Part shown: piece by piece, positions 51,235-61,277 of the stretch
Position numbering within the stretch: the first letter of the stretch is position 1
Layout: every line of letters begins with the position of its first letter
Source of the DNA: Euglena gracilis
Taxonomy: Eukaryota
NCBI GenBank assembly: GCA_039621445.1
Contig: CP154954.1
Coordinates: 21,464,954 to 21,528,953 of the forward strand
Direction of reading: 5' to 3'
Length of the DNA: 64,000 nt
Notes under the pieces: model-generated
What the model saw: the letters and a program-made list of their open reading frames with translations, nothing else
The model's database searches: none
What the model was told of the DNA's origin: nothing
Program-made: the position numbers and the translations under genes

Positions 51235-51849
51235 GGGTGGCGCTTGTGCTGTGCATAGCACTCTGTTTCTTTCCTGGCTTGGGCTGACCCAGGCAAATTT
51301 CTCTTGAAGACACTTCAGGGCAGGTGGGTGGTCAGGACCCCTCTCCTTTGGTCAAAGGGGGGGGACACCCAGGGCTGTACGGGAAGGTCTGGGGGTGGTC
51401 GACCCTACCCACCACAGTACCGCGCCGGGGAAATTTTGAAAAAAAATCCGCAAATCGGGAAATTGATCTGAAAATGGGAAATGAAGCGGAAAATGATGTG
51501 GGGTGGGGCACACCCTCCAACCTGCAAGGACGTCGGCGGAGGTGTTCGAACCCCCCACGCACTACCCATGGGCTTTGGGGGTTCCTGTACAGACCCTGGA
51601 CAACCCCTTCCTAAACAAAATTTTGGTCAAAATGCAACCCTGGCACTTTTTGAGGGAACCCTGTGACAAATACTAAAAAGACAAAAGGATAAAAATGGTG
51701 CTAAATGAAAGGGAGGGGGAGGGTTGACTCCCCAAGGCCAAAAAAGTTTCAAAGGGATTTCAAAAAGTGCTCCAAAAGCGCGTTTTCAGGCATTTTTATT
51801 TGATTGGTTTGACAAAAATGCATGGTGAATCACTGGACATCATCAATTC

Positions 51850-52843
51850 TTGACCCCAGGCCCCAGTGGGATCATCAACCTTCCCTGAGGAGAAGCCTGG
51901 ATGCACCACTCGGAGACATTGCCCGACACAGTCACACGGCGTAACCTCCACGTGAACTTGGCGCCGATGGCGACCCGGTTGAGCAGAGTGTACAGCTGAG
52001 AGACCTTGGTGACGGCCAAATTGTCCATGGAAATGATGGCATCCCCAGGTTCTGCTCCTGTGGTGAGAAGCATTTGGGAACATGTGTCCTTGGCTGCAAA
52101 CTTTTCTTGTTTGTTTATTTCATATTCATATGGGCCAGATGCAAAAGAAACGCCAACCTTGGGGAAGACCCATGCCGGTGTCACGCTGTTCTACAATTCT
52201 ACTTGGTACAATCTAAAGAAAAAACAACAATCAATCAGTTGTTCTGTTGTTATATATCGGCAAAGCTTTTAAAATGTCCACCAAACAGCATTCACAAGTG
52301 GTGGAAAACACTGCCAGTGGCTTTTGTGGCAAACAAAATGGGACATATTCACCGGTGAAGAAGAAAAAAACAAGGAAAAAAGGTGCGTTTGAAAAAAAAA
52401 TTGAAAAAGGGAGTGGATCTTTTCGATCTCACCCAAGTACAAAACCACAATACCTGGGATGCTTGCAACTCATGAGAAGGAGAATAAATGCCCATCCCAT
52501 TCTGGAACATTGGCTTTGGCATATGACAAGACATGATTAAGGCAAATGATTATTGGGAATGCCGTGGCGCCACAGTCGATACCTGACCGGTAGAGCGTGC
52601 CCTTTGAGCTGAGAGTCTTGATGCGGACCCCAGCACCAAAAGTGGGGCTGAAGAATGCCTCCACCTCACAATCCAGGCGTTCCAGCAGTTTGGCCAGCTC
52701 TGCTTCATAGACAGCCTGAGGGAGGCAAACAGGAATGGCAGTGACGCAACCGCGTCGCACCCAAACTTGAGCATCCAAATGGTGGACCTCATCCTGGTTC
52801 GCCGCCCCAATGCTCATCCACGCCCACACGCGTGGCGCCCCGC
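51850..52843 (-). CDS. Candidate exons (about 52560-52843 and 51850-52080) of a PDZ-like host gene
   Basis: GC-rich coding-like islands: FGAGVRIKTLSSKGTLYRSGIDCG and GAEPGDAIISMDNLAVTKVSQLYTLLNRVAIGAKFTWRLRR resemble PDZ segments. Exon boundaries are uncertain. Confidence 0.35.
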
Positions 52844-53269
52844 CAGGGTTTGATATAAGGACAGGTGGGGGGGTGGTCCGGACCCCCCCCCTGCGGGCCA
52901 GGAGGGGGGGGGGGTTGGGGGGGGGACACCCCCCCCCACCTAAACAGTGGCGCGGTCCGGGTGACCGAATTTCGGCCTGGCGCGAAGCGCCGAGCCGAAA
53001 ATTTTTGACCCCCCAAAACGACCAAAAGTGCCATTTTGGGCACTTTTTGGGCAAAAACTTGCCAAAAAAAATTTCGGCGAGAGGCGCCGGAGGAAAAAAA
53101 TTGACCCTTTTTGGGGGGGGGGTCCCGGGTACCCCCCCCAGGGTCGGTCCGGACCCCCCTGGCAGGTGGGGGGGGGGGGTGTACGGACCCCCCTGCGGGC
53201 CAGGAGGGGGGGGGGGTGGGGGCATCCCCCCCACCTAAACCATGTACGCCCTCCTTATATCAAACCCTG
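52844..53269. mobile_element. hAT-like MITE
   Basis: Perfect 18-bp TIR CAGGGTTTGATATAAGGA, perfect TSD CGCCCCGC. Confidence 0.92.
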
Positions 53270-54127
53270 CGCCCCGCTCCTTGCCCTGGGGGTGGGACGC
53301 CAGAACCCACAAAAACCCCTTTGAAATGAAATTGTGGCAACAGAAAATGATGCAGGAAGCATACGTCGTGAGGATCTTGAACGACTTCTTGGCCCTTTCT
53401 TTCATTGGCTGCGGAGAAGTGCAAAGCAGCAGCAGGACCTTTCAGGGCATCGTTCACAGAAATCAAAATCATTGGGGGGAAAACATTACAATTGCCCCCG
53501 TATTTTGTAAAAATAATAAAAATAATGTAAAAAAAATAATTCAGTTTTGTACTGAAAAGGCAGTTGTCAAATGTTTTCTCTTTGCCCATGGCAAGCCCAA
53601 CATTGGGAATATGGTGCTGTCCCAGGAATTATTATTCCCTTTGTTGTGCTGCTGCTGCTGTGCGTCGGAGGTCAAACCAATAAATACGAGGGGGGGATGA
53701 CCAACTTTTTTGATTTACACCATGCAGGACAAACATTTCTTGTCTCAGAGAAAAATGATGCCTAAAAATGCAAGCCGTGTCCTGTACTTTGTCAAATGTG
53801 CGAAGGATATAATTCAGGCAAAGAGGGCAGACTGCAGGTGGCTACATGCTCAGGGGGCATGGGAGGGAGAAAACAATAGATAATACTTGGAGCACTTGAA
53901 GCAGCTTGAGAATGGTCCACCAGAACCACAGCACGGGAAGCATCTGCAAAAAAAGTAGAACTTGAAAAAAAGCCAAAAAACGGAAAAAATGCAAAAAGAC
54001 TAATGAATTAATTTTGATCACCGGATAAAAACAGAACCAATAATAAAAAAAACAAAGCACTTAAGCAGCAGGGGAAACGGAGAAAATTGTCATTTCAGTG
54101 AATAAAGAGTGCAAACCTGAAACACCG

Positions 54128-54492
54128 GTGTGCCTGGGCAATTACCCAGTTGGGCAGCCGTTGCTCATATGTGGCTGTCCGTACCATGTCAAAGGAGCTC
54201 GTCCAGTCTGCCCCACGGCTGCATCTGCTGCGCCGCTCTTTCCACCCGACACCCCCAATCTACCCCCTGGGCCCCCCAGCTCGCCAGCTCACCAAAGTTT
54301 GGGGAAAGGTGGGAAGGGGACAGTTTTTTTTTTCTATCCTAAAAGGGAGCACCAGTTGGCCAGGCATTTAGAGCAATTGGATTGGTCGTCGCATGATGCT
54401 GGTTTGATACTCACGTGTGACTCAAACCAAATGATCACGGCTTTCTCAACTGACCGGGTCCGGGGCCACCGTTTTTAAAAATGCTGGGCAAA
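54128..54492 (+). repeat. Inverted partial copy of the array unit
   Basis: Reverse complement of about 54741-55095, separated from it by a spacer of about 250 bp. Confidence 0.9.
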
Positions 54493-56706
54493 TCTCAAAC
54501 CACGTTCTGCCTTCCTTATATATGAAAAATCTGTCCAGTATTAGCATTAGCGTCCCGTCTGCATTTTTATCTTCAGTACTTCAAATCTTAAACCCCCGCA
54601 CCTATAAGAAACCCATTTCTTATAGGTGGATTTCCAAAAAAAAATGGCCCGAGGGGTTTCTTATACCTGGGTTACAATGTCCCAAAAAAATTTGAGCTGA
54701 CAAAAAGTCAAAAGTGACAAAAAAACAATCAAAATTTTTCTTGCCCAGCACTTCAAAAACAATGGCCCTGAATTGAGAAAACTGTGATCATTTGGTTTGA
54801 GTCACACGTGAGTATCAAACCAGCATCATGCGACGACCAATCCAATTGCTCTAAATGCCTGGCCAACTGGTGCTCCCTTTTGGGCTAGAAAAAAAAAACT
54901 GTCCCCTTCCCACCTTTCCCCAAACTTTGGTGAGCTGGCGAGCTGGGGGGTCCAGGGGGTAGATTGGGGGGTGTCGGGTGGAAAGAGCGGCGCAGCAGAT
55001 GCAGCCGTGGGGCAGACTGGACGAGCTCCTTTGACATGGTACGGACAGCCACATGTAAGCAACGGCTGCCCAACTGGGTAATTGCCCAGGCACACCCATC
55101 CCTTATCTGAACTTCGCCCCCTTTCGTGCCTTTTGGCAGGCTCCCAATGCTGATGGCCCAGTCAGACTCAACGGAACTGCATCACAGGAATCAGCAGTCT
55201 AAGGAGCAAAGGTTGGTCATCACGAAGCCCAGCAAACTGCAACAGCTGGGCTTTCACACACCACTCAGGTTGACCGGGCCCTCTTCTGCCTTTCTCCCCA
55301 ACTGGCGCGGCCACCCCAGACCTTCAGCCACCAGTCAACACCTTCCGCCAACCCAACGCTTCAATGCCAATACCCAGGAATGCAGGAGGCAGGTGCGATT
55401 CCGTTGTCCATCCCGGAACGTACCGAACGCCTCCCATCACCCTCCTGCCCACCCGCTGGGGCCGGTGGGAGGGTGCGGTTCTGTGACCCAGTGCAGAACG
55501 GCAAAGCTGATTGGTGCCCCGGTGCACAAAACGCCTCCAGCGGAGGAGGTAATTTGCAACCCAGGGGGGAAAACCTGTTGGTTGTCCACTGCTGAGCACA
55601 TCCGCCAACAATCAAATAGTCCACTTGAACACTTGCCGGCAAAACGCAACCGATACCGCGGAAACCCCATCAACGGGGATCACGGGCAGCTGTGGCTTGC
55701 CCAGCACTTCAAAAACAATGGCCCTGGATCCGGTCAGTTGAGAAAGCTGTGATCATTTGGTTTGAGTCACACGTGAGTATCAAACCAGCATCATGCGACG
55801 ACCAATCCGATTGCTCTAAATGCCTGGCCAATTGGTGCTCCCTTTTAGGATAGAAAAAAAAAACTGTCCCCTTCCCACCTATCCCCAAACTTTGGTGAGC
55901 TGGCGAGCTGGGGGGCCCAGGGGGTAGATTGGGGGGTGTCGGGTGGAAAGAGCGGCGCAGCAGATGCAGCCGTGGGGCAGACTGGACGAGCTCCTTTGAC
56001 ATGATACGGACAGCCACATATGACCACCGGCTGCCCAACTGGGTAATTGCCCAGGCACACCCATCCCTTATCTGAACTTCGCCCCCTTTCGTGCCTTTTG
56101 GCAGGCTCCCAATGCTGATGGCCCAGTCAGACTCGACGGAACTGCATCACAGGAATCAGCAGTCTAAGGAGCAAAGGTTGGTCATCACGAAGCCCAGCAA
56201 ACTGCCAGAGCTGGGCTTTCACACACCACTCAGGTTGACCGGGGCCCTTTCTCCCCAACTGGCGCGGCCACCCCAAACCTTCAGCCACCAGTCAACACCT
56301 TCCTCTTTCCCCAACACCCCGCCAACCCAACGCTTCAATGCCAATACCTGGGAATGCAGGAGGCAGGTGCGATTCCGTTGTCCATCCCGGAACGTCCCGA
56401 ACGCCTCCCATCACCCTCCTGCCCACCCGCTGGGGCCGGTGGGAGGGTGCGGTTCTGTGACCCAATGCAGAACGGCAAAGCTGATTGGTGCCCCGGTGCA
56501 CAAAACGCCTCCAGCGGAGGAGGTAATTTGCAACCCAGGCGGGAAAACCTGTTGGTTGCCCACTGCTGAGCACATCCGCCAACAGTCAAATAGTCCATTG
56601 AACACTTGCGGGCAAAACTCAACCGATACCGCGGAAACCCCATCAACGGGGATCACGGGCAGCTGTGGCTTGCCCAGCACTTCAAAAACAGAGGCCCTGG
56701 ACCCGG

Positions 56707-56767
56707 TCAGTTGAGAAAGCTGTGATCATTTGGTTTGAGTCACACGTGAGTATCAAACCAGCATCAT
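56707..56767 (-). ncRNA. Box C/D snoRNA-like gene A; copies at 55734, 57680, 58653, 59603, 62587, 63540, and a + strand copy at 54393-54453
   Basis: ATGATGC(C)-tggtttgatactcacgt-GTGA(D'?)-ctcaaaccaa-ATGATCA(C')-cagctttctcaa-CTGA(D), 61 nt. The copy near 54770 lacks box D. Confidence 0.5.
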
Positions 56768-57100
56768 GCGACGACCAATCCAATTGCTCTAAATGCCTGG
56801 CCAACTGGTGCTCCCTTTTGGGCTAGAAAAAAAAAACTGTCCCCTTCCCACCTTTTCGGCAAACTTTGGTGAGCTGGCGAGCTGGGGGGCCCAGGGGGTA
56901 GATTGGGGGGTGTCGGGTGGAAAGAGCGGCGCAGCAGATGCAGCCGTGGGGCAGACTGGACGAGCTCCTTTGACATGATACGGACAGCCACATATGACCA
57001 CCGGCTGCCCAACTGGGTAATTGCCCAGGCACACCCATCCCTTATCTGAACTTCGCCCCCTTTCGTGCCTTTTGGCAGGCTCCCAATGCTGATGGCCCAG

Positions 57101-57162
57101 TCAGACTCGACGGAACTGCATCACAGGAATCAGCAGTCTAAGGAGCAAAGGTTGGTCATCAC
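57101..57162 (-). ncRNA. Box C/D snoRNA-like gene B; further copies start at 55162, 56127, 58074, 59043, 59996, 62976 and 63933
   Basis: GTGATGA(C)-ccaacctttgctccttagactg-CTGA(D')-ttcct-GTGATGC(C')-agttccgtcgagt-CTGA(D). All four boxes are invariant in 8 copies. Confidence 0.75.
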
Positions 57163-60100
57163 GAAGCCCAGCAAACTGCCAGAGCTGGGCTTTCACACAC
57201 CACTCAGGTTGACCGGGCCCTTTCTCCCCAACTGGCGCGGCCACCCCAAACCTTCAGCCACCAGTCAACACCTTCCTCTTTCCCCAACACCCCGCCAACC
57301 CAACGCTTCAATGCAAATACCTGGGAATGCAGGAGGCAGGTGCGATTCCGTTGTCCATCCCGGAACGTCCCGAACGCCTCCCATCACCCTCCTGCCCACC
57401 CGCTGGGGCCGGTGGGAGGGTGCGGTTCTGTGACCCAATGCAGAACGGCAAAGCTGATTGGTGCCCCGGTGCACAAAACGCCTCCAGCGGAGGAGGTAAT
57501 TTGCAACCCAGGCGGGAAAACCTGTTGGTTGCCCACTGCTGAGCACATCCGCCAACAGTCAAATAGTCCATTGAACACTTGCTGGCAAAACTCAACCGAT
57601 ACCGCGGAAACCCCATCAACGGGGATCACAGGCAGCTGTGGCTTGCCCAGCACTTCAAAAACAGAGGCCCTGGACCCGGTCAGTTGAGAAAGCTGTGATC
57701 ATTTGGTTTGAGTCACACGTGAGTATCAAACCAGCATCATGCGACGACCAATCCAATTGCTCTAAATGCCTGGCCAACTGGTGCTCCCTTTTGGGCTAGA
57801 AAAAAAAAACTGTCCCCTTCCCACCTTTTCGGCAAACTTTGGTGAGCTGGTGAGCTGGGGGGCCCAGGGGGTAGATTGGGGGGTGTCGGGTGGAAAGAGC
57901 GGCGCAGCAGATGCAGCCGTGGGGCAGACTGGACGAGCTCCTTTGACATGGTACGGACAGCCACATATGAGCAACGGCTGCCCAACTGGGTAATTGCCCA
58001 GGCACACCCATCCCTTATCTGAACTTCGCCCCCTTTCGTGCCTTTTGGCAGGCTCCCAATGCTGATGGCCCAGTCAGACTCGACGGAACTGCATCACAGG
58101 AATCAGCAGTCTAAGGAGCAAAGGTTGGTCATCACGAAGCCCAGCAAACTCCAGAGCTGGGCTTTCACACACCACTCAGGTTGACCGGGGCCCTTTCTCC
58201 CCAACTGGCGCGGCCACCCCAGACCTTCAGCCACCAGTCAACACCTTCCTCTTTCCCCAACACCCCGCCAACCCAACGCTTCAATGCCAACACCCGGGAA
58301 TGCAGGAGGCAGGTACGATTCCGTTGTCCATCCCGGAACGTCCCGAACGCCTCCCATCACCCTCCTGCCCACCCGCTGGGGCCGGTGGGAGGGTGCGGTT
58401 CTGTGACCCAATGCAGAACGGCAAAGCTGATTGGTGCCCCGGTGCACAAAACGCCTCCAGCGGAGGAGGTAATTTGCAACCCAGGCGGGAAAACCTGTTG
58501 GTTGTCCACTGCTGAGCACATCCGCCAACAGTCAAATAGTCCACTTGAACACTTGCCGGCAAAACTCAACCGATACCGCGGAAACCCCATCAACGGGGAT
58601 CACGGGCAGCTGTGGCTTGCCCAGCACTTCAAAAACAGTGCCCTGGATCCGGTCAGTTGAGAAAGCTGTGATCATTTGGTTTGAGTCACACGTGAGTATC
58701 AAACCAGCATCATGCGACGACCAATCCAATTGCTCTAAATGCCTGGCCAACTGCTGCTCCCTTTTGGGCTAGAAAAAAAAAACTGTCCCCTTCCCACCTT
58801 TTCGGCAAACTTTGGTGAGCTGGCGAGCTGGGGGGCCCAGGGGGTAGATTGGGGGGTGTCGGGTGGAAAGAGCGGCGCAGCAGATGCAGCCGTGGGGCAG
58901 ACTGGACGAGCTCCTTTTGACATGGTACGGACAGCCACATATGACCAACGGCTGCCCAACTGGGTAATTGCCCAGGCACACCCATCCCTTATCTTCGCCC
59001 CCTTTCGTGCCTTTTGGCAGGCTCCCAATGCTGATGGCCCAGTCAGACTCGACGGAACTGCATCACAGGAATCAGCAGTCTAAGGAGCAAAGGTTGGTCA
59101 TCACGAAGCCCAGCAAACTCCAGAGCTGGGCTTTCACACACCACTCAGGTTGACCGGGGCCCTTTCTCCCCAACTGGCGCGGCCACCCCAGACCTTCAGC
59201 CACCAGTCAACACCTTCCTCTTTCCCCAACACCCCGCCAACCCAACGCTTCAATGCCAACACCCGGGAATGCAGGAGGCAGGTACGATTCCGTTGTCCAT
59301 CCCGGAACGTCCCGAACGCCTCCCATCACCCTCCTGCCCACCCGGGTTCTGTGACCCAATGCAGAACGGCAAAGCTGATTGGTGCCCTGGTGCACAAAGC
59401 ACCTCAAGCGGAGGAGGTAATTTGCAACCCAGGGGGGAAAACTTGTTGGTTGTCCACTGCTGAGCACATCCTCCAAAGGGTCAAATTGTCCACTTGAACA
59501 CTTGCCGGCAAAACTCAACCGATACCGCGGAAACCCCATCAACGGGGATCACGGGCAGCTGTGGCTTGCCCAGCACTTCAAAAACAGTGGCCCTGGATCC
59601 GGTCAGTTGAGAAAGCTGTGATCATTTGGTTTGAGTCACACGTGAGTATCAAACCAGCATCATGCGACGACCAATCCAATTGCTCTAAATGCCTGGCCAA
59701 CTGGTGCTCCCTTTTGGGCTAGAAAAAAAAAACTGTCCCCTTCCCACCTATCCCCAAACTTTGGTGAGCTGGCGAGCTGGGGGGCCCAGGGGGTAGATTG
59801 GGGGGTGTCGGGTGGAAAGAGCGGCGCAACAGATGCAGCCGTGGGGCAGACTGGACGAGCTCCTTTGACATGATACGGACAGCCACATATGACCACCGGC
59901 TGCCCAACTGGGTAATTGCCCAGGCACACCCATCCCTTATCTGAACTTCGCCCCCTTTCGTGCCTTTTGGCAGGCTCCCAATGCTGATGGCCCAGTCAGA
60001 CTCGACGGAACTGCATCACAGGAATCAGCAGTCTAAGGAGCAAAGGTTGGTCATCACGAAGCCCAGCAAACTGCCAGAGCTGGGCTTTCACACACCACTC

Positions 60101-60556
60101 AGGTTGACCGGGGCCCTTTCTCCCCAACTGGCGCGGCCACCCCAGACCTTCAGCCACCAGTCAACACCTTCCTCTTTCCCCAACACCCCGCCAACCCAAC
60201 GCTTCAATGCCAATACCTGGGAATGCAGGAGGCAGGTGCGATTCCGTTGTCCATCCCGGAACGTCCATGCTTGTGCTTACCAACCGGGGGGGAGGGGGGG
60301 GTGGGTGCTATAGGGTGCCTGCCCCTAGCAGGCACACCCCCCCGGGGGTGCGGCCGCCCGGGGTACCCAGGGTTGGGTTGGGGGAGGTTGGGCAGATCTC
60401 CGTGTGTCCGAGAATCAACAAGCAACCAGGTCGCGATAAGCATCAATGCATTAGGAGCGTTGCATGGTCATTTCCCCGAAGACGGGGCATGTTACAGATT
60501 AATCAGAGGATGACGATGAAGAAACTTCATCATCGGAGGATGACTCACTATATACA

Positions 60557-61277
60557 TCAACCGAAATTTGCCCTCCCCCCCTTTGCCTTTTCCTTCCCTT
60601 TTCCTTTCTCTTTTCTGGGTGCTCTTTTTGATCCCTTGTCGGCTCTTGCCAAGCGAAAATGCAGCCTTGGCGTCGCGTTTACCAGCCGGTCCAGCACAGG
60701 TTGAAAATTATATTCCTCCCATGGTGCTGCATCCAAACACAACACCATTAGCTGCTCAACGAGAGCAACATCCAACAGCGTACGCTGGTCAGAGAGAATG
60801 CGCCTCAATTTGGAAAAAGCGGACAAAACCAGGGTGCTGTCTAAAATACCAAGGCGATGAACACCATAAAAACAGCACCCTACCTTCAACTTGAGCATTG
60901 GAAGGGGTTAGTGCGAGGCACATCCGGAGGAAATAATGCAGCTGAGGAAAATTTCCTCGGTTTGAAATTATCCGCTTCCAAAAAAGCGCGGATTCTGCTG
61001 GCCGGGTTACAGTTTCAGCCACGGAGACCATGGCATTAAACTCCGTGTGGAGAGCATCAAAAGTGATGTTCCACCTTTGCAAGCTCCCTTCCCAGTGGTC
61101 AAAAATAGGACGGATGGAGGTTTCAGCGAATGAGGCAGGTAAATTTGTTGGCCAACTGTTCAAATTGAGCCAGGAGAGGGAATCCAAGACGGAGCGGGAA
61201 ACAAAGCGGTCAGAAATTTGAGTCAATATAACCTTGTGAACCTCGTGCAAGACAGAGGCACCTTGGGTTACATGCAA
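60557..61277 (-). pseudogene. hAT transposase C-terminal dimerization domain, split by an intron
   Basis: Spliced product LFWKRI...FPQLHYFLRMCLALTPSNAQVE/SAFSKLRRILSDQRTLLDVALVEQLM matches the hATC pattern. Confidence 0.8.
60825..60885 (-). other. Nonconventional (euglenid-type) 61-nt intron
   Basis: aggTAGGGTGCTGT...ACAGCACCCTGgtttt forms an end-to-end stem with CTG at -8..-6. Removal restores the frame and the hATC motif. Confidence 0.75.

Noticed and set aside
51370-51598. Possible MITE (CAGGGCTGTAC...GTACAGACCCTG)
   Set aside because: TIRs are imperfect and there is no clean TSD, so it was not called.
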